Source: Eledone cirrhosa (taxonomy: Eukaryota). From it: DNA of 64,000 nucleotides. Position 1 is the stretch's first letter, and every line of letters begins with the position of its first letter. The DNA is taken from NCBI GenBank assembly GCA_964016885.1, contig OZ024754.1:682001-746000 (forward strand), read 5' to 3'. The position numbers and the translations under genes are program-made. The notes beneath the pieces are model-generated. The model was not told the origin of the DNA. It did no database searches and saw only the letters and a program-made list of their open reading frames with translations. Positions 27,692 to 37,871 of this stretch are shown here, in pieces.

Positions 27692-30600
27692 GTGGAAAAA
27701 TATATAAAGGAGAACAAACCGTGAAGACTTCAGGCGAAACGTACGTAGGTGCTATTTTAAATAAACCTGTTTTAACGGTTTGTTCTCCTTTATATATTTC
27801 TCCACGTGTATCCGCTCTGCTGATTTTCTCGCCCACTAGATATTAACACTTCTAATATTTAACACTGCAGGCACAAGCATTGAGCACCCTTTGCATATGC
27901 TATTGGCAAATAACTACATGTATCGCCTATTTCTTCTCTCTCTCGATACTTAATTACTATATATATATATATATATATATAAGCAAAAGGAATATTTAAT
28001 TTGTTGGTAATTCAACAAATATATATGTTTATAACTGATTCAAAGTACTCGACAGATTTTCTGGAGTGTAATATTCAATGATATTAAATATCTCTATGGG
28101 ATCATCTGACTCGGTGCAAGTAACAGACCTCGTTGGATTATTTATTAATAATGTACTGCATAGAAAAATGCCAGAGATGACCGGAGGTTTATATTGCGAC
28201 GATATGTTACTTTTAATTGAAAACCATAGCAATAGTGAAATTAATAGGAAAAAAAAATCCATAATACAGTTTTTCAACAACTACAACCTTAATTTAGAAA
28301 TCGAGAATAATTACAAAATCGTTAACTTCTTAGATGTAACCTTAAACCTTAGCTCAGGTCTTTTTTATCCATTCCATAAAATTAAAGAAAATCTAAATTA
28401 CGTAAGTTTCAATTCTAATCATCCTAGAAATATAAAAAACACTATTGTCAATAGCGTCCAGCAACGGATTTCACGCAATCTCTGCTAATAAAAATATTTT
28501 TGATGATAAGGCAGAATATTACAATGAGGCTTTACATAGAGCAGGATACTTGAATAAAATTAAACACATAGATAACAATAACATGACAAATAACACGACA
28601 AATCATCCTAGAATTCATTATAATAACAATAAAGGGCGATGGATTGGTAGTATCGGTAGAGGGTCGGACGCCATGCTTTGACGTATAGAGTTACGGCCCT
28701 TGCCATTCTGAGTTCAAATCCCGCCGAGGTTAACTTTGCCTTTCATCCTTACGGGGTTGATAAAATAAAGTACCAGTAATATACTGGGTAATTGGTGACC
28801 TTATGCCAAAAGTATAAACAATTATAATAACAATAAACAATTCAACTTAAATAGTAAACCAAACAAAAAAACTAGAACTAGAAATATTATTTGGTACTCT
28901 CCCCATTCTCATTAGGCATTAAAACACCTTTAGCAAAGCTATTTTTCTAAGTATCTTTCATCAAATTTAATGGTTAGCAAATAATATTGGAGTTATCTTT
29001 TCCTTTACAATTGAGCAAACATAGACATGATAACTTGTATGATAAATTATATAATTTCGCTAAATTAACAATATTCTGAAAACATTTTCAATGTTGGAAC
29101 AAAATATTTGAATCTACAAATTGTTCTCCTCTTACAACTTGAACTATGTCTTTTTCTTAAATATTTATGTAAAATCAACATCCTTTGTAACTCATATGAG
29201 AAATATAAACAATTAATACGTGTGGTTTATTTCTATAAAATCACCAATAATACTTATACTTGCACAGTTATTAATCTATATAGATATTTATATACTTACA
29301 ACCTGTTGTAATGTAATAAGATGAAATGTACTTACAGCTATAATTCTTCATATAATCTAATTGATTATATATACAATATTATAACTCATAATGTAGCTAA
29401 ATAATTTTTTAAATTCTGGAAGCATATTCCACCATTCCTACAAACTGTTAATTCTTTTTAAATTGACGTAAATACAAGTTTCTCTTTCTTTCTCTTTCTT
29501 CTTCCTACACATACATACATATATCCTAAGTACCAGTAATGCACTGGGTAATTGTTGGCCTTGTGCCAAAGGTAGAAACAATTTAAATATACCTAGTGTC
29601 TAAAAATAACGGTTTTTTTTTTTCAGCCCTATACCTCAACGTCATTTGCATACTCATCTTAATAATTTGAAATATTTGACTTTTCTTCTCTTTCCCATCT
29701 TTCCTTTTACTATCCAGGAAAAACTTGAACCATTAAGATCTTCTTCCTGGATATGTCAATATTTATAAAACAAACTTTGTATTTTATCTGATGAGAGCGT
29801 ACCAAAGTTTTGGTACCCTTGAAATATATATAATAGAATCAATATGGTTTTATAAATATAGTTTCCATTTATTTAATATCATTGAGTATATATATATATA
29901 TATATATATATAGATGATAACTGGAATTTCTTACGTGACAACTTACTGCAGGCTACTGATGAAATTTGTGGCTGGAGCAGAGCTCCACCCAGACAGAGAG
30001 TGGCCTGGTGGTGGACCAGCACGGTAGATAGGGCCATTAGAGACAAAAGACTAGCATGGGAGGCTTGGAAAAAAAATGGGTGGGAGTAGAGAAGGATATA
30101 GCCGCTAAGAGAGAAGCTAGATGTCAGGTGTACTTAGCACGCAGGGAGGCTGAGAGTAGGAGGTTTGCCAATGTTCTGCGGCGGGAAGATCAGAGAAGTG
30201 CAGTGTTCCACATTGCAAGGCAATGTGTCAATGCAAATCAGGATGTTGTTGGAGATAAATGTGTTTGGAATGATGCAGGTGTACTTAGTGTCATGAATGA
30301 TCAGAAAAAGGAGGCCTGGAAATGTCATTATGAGAGACTGATGAATGTGGAGAACGAATGGGAGAGAGAGAAATTACCCTCAGTAGATCCGACAGAGGGA
30401 CCAGCTATTGAGATTGACGAATATAGGGTCCAAGAGGCGATTAAGGAAATGAAAAATGGTAAGGCCGATGCACCGTCGGGAATAGTTGCTGAGATGCTGA
30501 AGGCATCAGGAGACGTAGGCACTAAACTGGTTGCACGCATCATCAATCAGGCTATATATGGCGGTGTCATATCCAAAGACTGGTGCAGCAGTATTCTCAT

Positions 30601-33600
30601 AAATTGCTACAAATGTAAAGGGGATGCTCTGGAGAGGAGCAATTATAGGGGTATAAAACTGATGGATCATGTTATGAAAGTGGCAGAAAGGATATTAGCA
30701 CAACTAATTAGAGAAAGGGTCAAACTAGATGAGATGCAGTTTGGTTTTGTGCTTGGGAAAAGTACAACAGATGCCCTCTTCTTGGTGAGACAATTACAAG
30801 AGAGGTTCTTAGAGAAGAATAAGAGAAGAATAAGCCACTATATTTAGCTTTTGTTGACCTAGAGAAGGCCTTTAATAGGGTGCCCCTGTCTGTCATCTGG
30901 TGGTCCCTAAGGAAACTAGGTGTTGAGGAATGGCTTGTGAGGACAGTGCAAACTTTGTACAGATGTACTGTCAGTAAAGTCAAGGTAGGAATGGAGTTTA
31001 ATGAGGAATTCCAGATACAAGTAGGAGTACATCAAGGTTCGGTCCTCAGCCCGTTCTTGTTCATTATAGTCCTCCAAGCCATAACAGAGGAGTTTAAGAC
31101 TGGCTGTCCATGGGAACTTCTCTATGCTAATGATCTGGTTCTTATAGCAGAATCAGTAGAGGAGCTAGAGAATAAATTCTAGCTATGGAAACAGCAGTTG
31201 GAATCAAGAGGACTGATAGTGAACCTAGCTAAGACAAAAGTGTTGATGAGTAGAAAAGAGGACAAAACTGTGATTCCGCCAGGGAAATGGCCATGTTCGA
31301 TATACAGAAAAGGAACTGGCATAAATTCCATAAAATGCACACAAAGCAGATCTTGGGTACACAAGAGATGTAGTGGGATAGCAGGCAAATTAACAGGTTG
31401 GGAGAAATACGTATGCAGTAGATGTACTGTGAAATTAGACAGTAGAAGTCGCATTGACACATTTTTCAAATGCAGGCGGGTGCTATAGAAGTGGTTGATA
31501 GCTTCCGGTACCTAGGAGATCAGATTAGCATGGGAGGGGGGGGGGGGTGTTCAAAGGCCATAGTATCTAGAATAAGGACGGGTTGGAAGAAGTTTAGGGA
31601 GCTGCTTCCTCTGCTGATGAAGAAGGGTTTCTCCCTGCGTACGAAAGGCCAGTTATATGATGCCTGTGTGAGGAGCGCGATGCTGCATGGTAGTGAGACT
31701 TATTCAGCAACTGCAGAGGATATGCGATGGCTGGAGTGAAATGAAGCAAGTATGCGGTGGTATGAACATGTGATGCGCATGGAGGATGACCAATGGGTGA
31801 TGAAGTGCCAGTTGAAGGAAGACGTAGAGGTAGACCACAAAAAACATGGGCGGTGTTGGTGAGAATAGACTTCAGATTGCTGAAGCTCACGGTGATGACG
31901 ACGAAGGACCGTAACAAGTGGCGAGATGCTGTGCTGAATAAGACCCGTCCCACCCTTGCAAGCAGGGAAAAGCGGACGTAAAATGATGATGATATATATA
32001 TATATAAATAAATTAGGTGTGTAACAAGCACTCAATGCTGTTTCGAGATCCATCTAGTTTCAATTATATTCTTGAGTTAAGGCAGCTGTGGTGCACAGAG
32101 TGTAAATAGATTTAACCCTTACTTACTATTGTATTTTCACAGTAAATACTTTATCTCACATAATATTGAATTTGATATTTATTTTGAGAACAATACCTTA
32201 ACATCAGTATGAGTGGCCAGTTTCAGCTAGTTTGAACAGAAAGAAGTGAGAGAATTCTGGCCTGATATGGCTGGTTTAAATGTTAAAGTGTAAAAAGAAT
32301 CTGAGTTAGTGTACAAACTTTATTGGCATATTACAATTCTTTCAATATTGATCAGCTCAGGGTACAATCAAGGTGATGGGGCCTGTGTTCTAAACTCTAT
32401 CAGATCTGATTGGGTGCTATGATATGAAAACAGTTGAAAATATTTAAAATGTTGAAAGTATCTTTATTAGTAGACAGATCATTGTGAAAATTTCCAGCAA
32501 AAAATGTATTTGTATAAGAATCCTAAATAGAAAGTACAATGTTTGTTATATGAATGTGTTCTGTCTGAGTTTCATGTGTTGGAAACAGTCATAAATTAAA
32601 ATCTTACTGTCTTGTTGTCCTCCTATTTATTTGATTCAACCAAGAAAATAGCTTCAACTCTAAATTTCACAGTTGAATGGTTAGCGGTAGGAAAACTGGA
32701 GTAAATTGTCTGAATGAATGGATCAACTCTCAGCATATACCTGTATACTGAAAGGTGACAGGTAGAGAAGACCCTTTGCTCTTGGTACTCAGGGCAATCC
32801 TGGATCTCTAGGATTCCTTCATTGGCCCTAGTTTGCAATCCTCATCTCTAGGGACCATATCATGCATTTGTATACTGTGTTTATTTTTTTGTCCCATTTT
32901 TTCTTCTTTCAATTGACATATAACCCCTCCTGTCAACACACATTTTTTTAATATCCTGTCTCTGTAATGTGTTCTTGTTTCAACAGTTATTTCCTGGAAC
33001 GATCTCATAGTGCTAGAAGTACATTAACCAGAGCCTATGAGCTTTGTCCTGAAGAGGTAATTACATTCTATTATTTATTTTTTAACAGTTTTTAGAGAAC
33101 TTCTTTTTCTTCTTCCTTTTTTCTTTTCTTGACAAAAACTGATGAAACACTGAATTTGTTTAGTTCAAACCATTAAAACATCATCAAAATCAGTCTTCAA
33201 ACTAATCACATGATTACCAAATATATCTTTCAGTCATTCTTGCAATTTGTTAGAAGTGTGAGGGCTTTCTCTTACAGGAACAAGAAGTTATTCATTAGAG
33301 ATGGGCACATGGTCTGTAGCTCCTTTTTGATGTTTTCAACGACCTCCACATAGTGTTTCTTTGTGACTGTAGCAGTGACACCATTTTCTTTAAAAAAAAA
33401 ATGGGCCAATCAACCCTCTCTCAGAAATAGCAGCACAGAGGGTACATTTAGCCAAGTGGAGAGGTTTCACAGCTACTTCAGTGGATTTTTCTGACCCTCA
33501 GATTACATTGTTCCTAGAGTTGATCTTCCCCTTCAGCATTTTCTCAGCCATAGCCTTTCTCTTGATTTTATCAGTTACAATTAGCTTTTGTTTAGTCTGT

Positions 33601-35123
33601 ATTCTGTAGGAATATTTTTTAAGATCCTCTTTGACAACCCTTCTGCAAGTTTCTGTAGAGAAACCCAAGAATTGGCTTTTGTGCAGCAATCTTATAAGGC
33701 TCTGTTCAACACTTGGACCATATTAATAACTTCCTGTGTACACTTTGTGGGTTATCCAGAGTGAGTAGGACAATCCTCAGATGTTGTATCAAGGTTCTTC
33801 ACTATCCCATGTTGGTGAGCTGCACGGTAAACACATCCAGTACACTCTGTAAAGTAGTTTGTGATAGGGAGGGTCTCATTGGAAAGTTTTCTATGGCCCC
33901 CTCCTATCACAAACTACTTTTACAGAGTGTATTAAATATGTTTATCATGTAGTTCACCAACACTAAAGAGGCAGGCGGGGTGACTGTGTTGTAGCAAGGT
34001 GGGCCACAATATTTAAAGGATTCTAAATAAATGTTTGCTTCCAAAAGGGCCCTGATGAGATTTTCAGCCAGAGGCCCCATGTCAGTTGACCAATATGGTT
34101 CGTAAATCAATACTCGACACTATGTGGCTTCTTCTAGCTCTATGGTGACTTGAATTCAGTACTGTAAGCTAAAAAAAACAATGAGTAGTATCTACCATGG
34201 TATTTATTTATGTACAGCTTGTTGGATTTAACCTGTGAATGTTTGCTAAATGATAGTAGTACAGTGCTGATGACATGTTATGTTGACATTAATGATTTCA
34301 TTAAAGTCACTTCAAATCACAGCACAAGCAGTGTTAGTTGTAACATCTGAGGCATCAAATGTAAATTCATGCCAATGTTTGAATACAGAAGTGTGGCAGT
34401 CAAATTAAACTGTGTGAAAACACCCTTTTCTTCTTTTTATTTAAATAAAAATTAAATATTTGTGTATTTACTAATGTTTGTGTGTTTTAAACTTGTGTGC
34501 AGGAACCAGAAGAAGCTGACTTAACTGATGAACCCGAGAGTCCACATCATGATGAACAAGTGGCCATGTATAGTGGACAGACACAGCAACCTACTCAAAA
34601 TCAGCAAACCACTCAAAGCCAGCCAGCAACACAGTCCCAGTCATTAACTATACACACACCCCCACTACAGACCCCTAAAAACCAAACTCCTCAGCAGCAG
34701 CAGCAGCAGCAACAGCCACCACCACCACCGCCACCACAGCAGCCAGTACAACAGCAGCAGCAGCAGCAGGTACCGCCACCACCTCCACCACAACAGCAGC
34801 AGCAGCAGCAGCAACAAGGTTCTATTTCAACATCAGTTCAACCATCATCCCCACCTCAAATGCTATTTCAACAGCAGTCGACCCCGCAACAAATCTTGCA
34901 ACAGTCCACACAGCATGTACCACCTTCTTCTCCCCAGCAACACAAGCAACGCCCACAACATATACAAAACAATCAAGTGAATTTACAACACAGCGCCCAC
35001 CCTGGACATCCTACTAACCAAATAAATAATCCCCTAAACCAGCAAGGTTATGACTTACCTTTAGGAAACCCAGACACTGGAGAAGAGGAACCTGTTCATG
35101 ACACGAGGAGCCCCAGTGAATGA
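399..35123 (+). CDS. USP9X: USP9X/fat facets ubiquitin carboxyl-terminal hydrolase, 3' part (24 exons; 5' exons lie upstream of the window)
   Basis: Manually spliced GT-AG exons join in frame. They give USP9X-specific peptides ([25 protein letters not shown], His box [54 protein letters not shown]). Stop TGA at 35121-35123. Confidence 0.97.
1020..1288 (+). mobile_element. Composite SINE/RTE-tail fragment
   Basis: ccttgagcaagacactttatttcac core shared with the SINE at 43553; gttaggaagggcatccagc motif and a cccacccttgcaagcagggaaaagcg 3' end shared with the RTE end at 31950. Confidence 0.6.
1405..2361. mobile_element. Foldback/long-TIR non-autonomous DNA transposon
   Basis: 213-bp near-perfect inverted arms, 1405-1617 and 2149-2361. 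Confidence 0.85.
2023..2110. mobile_element. hAT-type mini-MITE nested in the foldback element
   Basis: TIRs CAGGGCTGCGGAG / CTCCGCAGCTCTG; 8-bp TSD gtattata/ttattata (7/8 match). Confidence 0.7.
2950..3085 (-). mobile_element. tRNA-derived SINE fragment (family of 28634)
   Basis: actggtactttattttatcg...gttaacctcggcaggatttgaac shared with other copies. Confidence 0.7.
4135..4185 (+). mobile_element. Penelope pLTR relic with a degenerate hammerhead motif
   Basis: TGATGA-tttctttcgaat-GAAAC-agttcta-GTC-ctgtagaagc; same family as 60705-60812 and 61408-61573. Confidence 0.5.
4296..4332 (+). mobile_element. Solo Tc1/mariner-type terminal inverted repeat
   Basis: TA|CAGGATGTCCCCCAAAAATATATACACACTTTAA; no partner TIR found. 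Confidence 0.4.
5345..5520 (+). CDS. USP9X: USP9X exon 2
   Basis: ccatag|...|gtaagt; TNVDLG...[36 protein letters not shown]. Confidence 0.93.
6418..6591 (+). CDS. USP9X: USP9X exon 3
   Basis: tttcag|...|gtaaac; [30 protein letters not shown]...[11 protein letters not shown]. Confidence 0.95.
7036..7177 (+). CDS. USP9X: USP9X exon 4
   Basis: tttcag|...|gtatgt; [47 protein letters not shown]. Confidence 0.95.
7408..7493 (+). CDS. USP9X: USP9X exon 5
   Basis: tttcag|...|gtaagt; [29 protein letters not shown]. Confidence 0.95.
7562..7831 (+). mobile_element. RTE LINE 3' UTR fragment with (GAT)n tail
   Basis: Near-identical to 41895-42157; ends ggacgttaaacgatgatgatgatg. Confidence 0.85.
8196..8287 (+). 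CDS. USP9X: USP9X exon 6
   Basis: ttacag|...|gtgagt; [30 protein letters not shown]. Confidence 0.95.
8568..8769 (+). mobile_element. piggyBac-type MITE, family A
   Basis: TTAA|CCCTTTAG...CTAAAGGG|TTAA; at least six copies in the window. Confidence 0.85.
8844..9026 (-). mobile_element. tRNA-derived SINE, full length
   Basis: Reverse complement of the 28634 SINE; aaaataat flanking repeat. Confidence 0.8.
9688..9808 (+). CDS. USP9X: USP9X exon 7 (catalytic His box)
   Basis: tttcag|...|gtaaaa; [28 protein letters not shown]. Confidence 0.95.
10724..10802 (+). CDS. USP9X: USP9X exon 8 (catalytic Asp motif)
   Basis: ctatag|...|gtaaag; [26 protein letters not shown]. Confidence 0.94.
11022..11209 (-). 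mobile_element. piggyBac-type MITE, family A
   Basis: TTAA on both sides; reverse complement of the 8568 copy. Confidence 0.8.
11377..11441 (+). CDS. USP9X: USP9X exon 9
   Basis: tatcag|...|gtttgt; [22 protein letters not shown]. Confidence 0.94.
11921..12033 (+). CDS. USP9X: USP9X exon 10
   Basis: ctacag|...|gtaaga; [37 protein letters not shown]. Confidence 0.95.
12541..12716 (+). CDS. USP9X: USP9X exon 11
   Basis: tttcag|...|gtgaga; [34 protein letters not shown]...QDRL. Confidence 0.93.
12790..13473 (+). mobile_element. Tc1/mariner (DD37D maT-like) transposase relic with right TIR
   Basis: FSDEK, FQQD and SPDL..PLD motifs with ~37-aa D-D spacing across frameshifts; ends gatgcaccctg|TA. 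Confidence 0.85.
13517..13930. mobile_element. Penelope-like pLTR pair in inverted orientation
   Basis: Inverted arms 13633-13753 and 13767-13885; homologous to both ends of the Penelope element at 27981-29886. Confidence 0.75.
13827..13885 (+). ncRNA. Minimal type I hammerhead ribozyme motif
   Basis: ATTTTAT-CTGATGA-stem II-GAAA-TATATA-TA-ATAGAAT. Confidence 0.6.
14154..14245 (+). CDS. USP9X: USP9X exon 12
   Basis: tttttaaag|...|gtgaga; [31 protein letters not shown]. Confidence 0.9.
14276..16200 (-). mobile_element. 5'-truncated RTE LINE with an uninterrupted RT ORF
   Basis: 544-aa ORF 14565-16199 (QGSVLSP, YADD); (GAT)n tail; 7-bp TSD tctccat at 14269-14275 and 16201-16207. Confidence 0.95.
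17014..17248 (+). mobile_element. piggyBac-type MITE, family B (degenerate)
   Basis: TTAA-flanked; related pieces at 18637, 19480 and 27291-27458. Confidence 0.55.
17377..17518 (+). CDS. USP9X: USP9X exon 13
   Basis: ttgcag|...|gtgagt; [13 protein letters not shown]...[13 protein letters not shown]. Confidence 0.95.
17966..18108. mobile_element. SINE with an inverted 5' piece
   Basis: aggatgaaaggcaaagttaacct followed by its reverse complement and the SINE 3' end. Confidence 0.7.
18496..18580 (+). CDS. USP9X: USP9X exon 14
   Basis: tttcag|...|gtaagt; [28 protein letters not shown]. Confidence 0.94.
18765..19165. mobile_element. Cluster of SINE copies (one reverse, two forward)
   Basis: gttcaaatcctgcc...ctttgcctttcatcctt...aaagtaccag...ggccttgtgccaaa repeated. 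Confidence 0.65.
19871..20022 (+). CDS. USP9X: USP9X exon 15
   Basis: ttccag|...|gtaagt; [42 protein letters not shown]. Confidence 0.94.
20039..21025 (+). mobile_element. Non-autonomous Helitron
   Basis: A|TCTCTATATATATAAAATTC 5' end; subterminal GC hairpin (ttgggcaacgccgggt); CTAG|T 3' end; no TSD. Confidence 0.85.
21460..21633 (+). CDS. USP9X: USP9X exon 16
   Basis: ttgcag|...|gtaagt; [31 protein letters not shown]...CQSSVN. Confidence 0.95.
22509..22670 (+). CDS. USP9X: USP9X exon 17
   Basis: ttacag|...|gtgagt; [11 protein letters not shown]...[37 protein letters not shown]. Confidence 0.94.
23594..23801 (+). mobile_element. piggyBac-type MITE, family A
   Basis: TTAA|cccttta...ctaaagag|TTAA. 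Confidence 0.8.
23872..23931 (+). CDS. USP9X: USP9X exon 18
   Basis: ttatag|...|gtaaga; [20 protein letters not shown]. Confidence 0.94.
24205..24627 (+). mobile_element. Two nested piggyBac-type MITEs, family A
   Basis: Inner copy 24396-24612 lies in the TTAA at the outer copy's right end; TTAA duplicated at 24392 and 24613. Confidence 0.85.
24784..24892 (+). CDS. USP9X: USP9X exon 19
   Basis: taacag|...|gtaaat; [36 protein letters not shown]. Confidence 0.95.
25539..25647 (+). CDS. USP9X: USP9X exon 20
   Basis: ccttag|...|gtaagt; [36 protein letters not shown]. Confidence 0.95.
26910..27003 (+). CDS. USP9X: USP9X exon 21
   Basis: ttttag|...|gtaagt; [31 protein letters not shown]. Confidence 0.95.
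27291..27458 (+). mobile_element. piggyBac-type MITE, family B
   Basis: TTAA|cccttttgatacc...ggtcacaaaaggg. Confidence 0.55.
27549..27625 (+). CDS. USP9X: USP9X exon 22
   Basis: ttgcag|...|gtaagt; [26 protein letters not shown]. Confidence 0.95.
27691..27958 (+). mobile_element. Penelope pLTR relic with inverted terminal duplication and hammerhead remnant
   Basis: 32-bp inverted arms, 27691-27722 and 27775-27806, enclosing TGAAGA...GAAA-CGTACG-TA; flanked by (TA)n. Confidence 0.55.
28634..28820 (+). mobile_element. tRNA-derived SINE inserted in the Penelope element
   Basis: B box gagttcaaatcc; perfect 17-bp TSD attataataacaataaa at 28617-28633 and 28821-28837. Confidence 0.9.
29781..29839 (+). 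ncRNA. Minimal type I hammerhead ribozyme motif
   Basis: Stem I ATTTTAT/ATAGAAT; CTGATGA; stem II GTACCAA/TTGGTAC; GAAA; palindromic TATATA; AUA cleavage triplet ending at 29832. Confidence 0.65.
29913..31993 (+). mobile_element. Degenerate 5'-truncated RTE LINE
   Basis: Frameshifted RT fragments homologous to the 14565 ORF; (GAT)n tail. Confidence 0.93.
32116..32290 (+). mobile_element. piggyBac-type MITE, family A (degenerate)
   Basis: Homologous to the 8568 copy. Confidence 0.7.
32987..33056 (+). CDS. USP9X: USP9X exon 23
   Basis: caacag|...|gtaatt; [23 protein letters not shown]. Confidence 0.95.
33200..33790 (-). mobile_element. Tc1/mariner-superfamily transposase relic
   Basis: Minus-strand peptides [25 protein letters not shown] and [15 protein letters not shown]. 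Confidence 0.6.
34503..35123 (+). CDS. USP9X: USP9X terminal coding exon 24 (Q/P-rich tail)
   Basis: gtgcag|GAA CCA...; [14 protein letters not shown] resembles the USP9X C-terminus, followed by polyQ/polyP to TGA. Confidence 0.9.
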   Translation, partial: EPEEADLTDEPESPHHDEQVAMYSGQTQQPTQNQQTTQSQPATQSQSLTIHTPPLQTPKNQTPQQQQQQQQPPPPPPPQQPVQQQQQQQVPPPPPPQQQQQQQQQGSISTSVQPSSPPQMLFQQQSTPQQILQQSTQHVPPSSPQQHKQRPQHIQNNQVNLQHSAHPGHPTNQINNPLNQQGYDLPLGNPDTGEEEPVHDTRSPSE

Positions 35124-35436
35124 ATGTTGAAATGTATTGGAAAAGGGCAAATTCTGGTCCAATTAATCTAGAGCTTTTGACAATTAAGCTGCTATTTCAT
35201 CAAATATTGGAATGTGGTCAACTTTCAGAGTAGAAAGATGAAAAAAAAAAATTACAAAAACAGAAACAAAAAAAAAAAAAATCAAAAAACAAAAAGAGAT
35301 ATGATATTTAATCAGCAACTCGAAGCAATGATATTGATGATATAATATGACAATGATAATTATGATGATGATGACAATGATAATAATGCACTTGTATATA
35401 GCTATGTTCAGGGTGTATATATATATATTTATGTAT

Positions 35437-35474
<38 letters not shown>

Positions 35475-35542
35475 GTGTGTATGTATGTATAAATATATAT
35501 GTATATATGTATGTGCGCATATACATGTATATATGCATGTCT

Positions 35543-35606
<64 letters not shown>

Positions 35607-35949
35607 ATACACACACACACACAGCCATACATATGTATTTTTTCGTTAAATTTTTTTTAATGTTTGAGTGATGTATTAAGTTGAATGTATATGAATCTGT
35701 ACATACTAAGCAGTATTGACTTATGATATCCAGCCATAGTTGTCAGTCTTTCACAGATTGGAATTTGTTCTGAAGTCATGCTTCATTGCTTTGCCGTAAT
35801 TGGTCCATCCTATCTCAACTGGTTCTTTTTATAAATTAATTGATTGATCAGAAATGAGAATAAACAATACTATTATTGCAACAAATGCTGTAAGAAATTC
35901 CTAGTTCTATTTCAAAAGGAAAGAAATGATATATATACTTACATTTTAT

Positions 35950-35990
35950 ATGTATTTATGTATGTATGTATGTATGTATGTATGTATGTA

Positions 35991-36054
<64 letters not shown>

Positions 36055-36083
36055 GTATGTATATATAGATATATATAATGTAT

Positions 36084-36136
<53 letters not shown>

Positions 36137-36713
36137 ATGTATATATATATAATGTATATATATATAATGTATATATATATAATGTATGTATATATATATA
36201 ATGTATGTATATATATATAATGTATATATATATATAATGTATGTATATATATATATAATGTATATATATATAATGTATGTATATATATATAATGTATGTA
36301 TATATATATAATGTATGTATATATATATAATGTATGTATATATATATAATGTATGTATATATATATAATGTATGTATATATATATAATGTATATATATAT
36401 AATGTATGTATATATATATAATGTATGTATATATATATAATGTATGTATATATATATAATGTATGTATATATATATAATGTATGTATATATATATAATGT
36501 ATGTATATATATGTAATGTATGTGTATATATGTAATGTATGTATATATATGTAATGTATGTGTATATATATAATGTATGTATATATATATATAATGTATA
36601 TATATATATAATGTGTATATATATAATGTATATATATATATATATAATGTGTATATATATAATGTATATATATATATAATGTGTATATATATAATGAATA
36701 TATATATATAATG

Positions 36714-36762
<49 letters not shown>

Positions 36763-37625
36763 GTATATATATAATTATATATATATAATTATATATATAT
36801 AATTATATATATATATATAATTATATATATATAATGTATATTTATTTATATATGTATATAATTATATATATATATATAATGTATATTTATTTATATATGT
36901 ATATAATTATATATATATATATATATAATTATATATATATATATATATAATTATATATATATATATATATAATTATATATATATATATATATAATTATAT
37001 ATATATATATATAATTATATATATATATATAATTATATATATATAATGTATATTTATTTATATATGTATATATGTTTATATATATATATATGTATATGTA
37101 TATATATGTATATATATATGTATATATATATGTATATGTATATATATGTATATATATATGTATATATAATGTATATTTATTTATATATGTATATATGTAT
37201 ATATATGTATATATATATGTATATATAATGTATATTTATTTATATATGTATATATGTTTATATATTTATTTATATATGTATATATGTTTATATATTTATT
37301 TATATATGTATGTATATATGTTTATATGTATATATATGTATGTTTATATGTATATATATGTGTATATATATATATATGTGTATATATATATATGTGTATG
37401 TAGATATATATATATATGTGTATTGTATATATATATATATATATATATGTGTATGTGTATGTATGTATATATATATGTGTATGTATGTATGTAGATATAT
37501 GTGTATGTATGTATGTGTATGTATGTATATATATATGTGTATGTATGTATATATATATGTGTATGTATGTATGTATATATGTGTATGTATGTATGTATAT
37601 ATATATGTATGTGTATGTATGTATA

Positions 37626-37658
<33 letters not shown>

Positions 37659-37685
37659 ATATATATGTATGTGTATGTATGTATA

Positions 37686-37726
<41 letters not shown>

Positions 37727-37839
37727 ATATGTATGTGTATGTATATATGTATGTATATATGTATGTGTATGTATATATGTATGTGTATGTATATATATAT
37801 GTATATGTATGTGTATGTATATATATATGTATGTGTATG

Positions 37840-37871
<32 letters not shown>

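Larger units (their letters stand above)
27981..29886 (+). mobile_element. Degenerate Penelope-like retroelement (inverted pLTR piece, RT fragment, direct pLTR)
   Basis: [31 protein letters not shown] and RNIIWYSP motifs typical of Penelope RT; hammerhead-bearing pLTR at 29712-29886. Confidence 0.8.
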
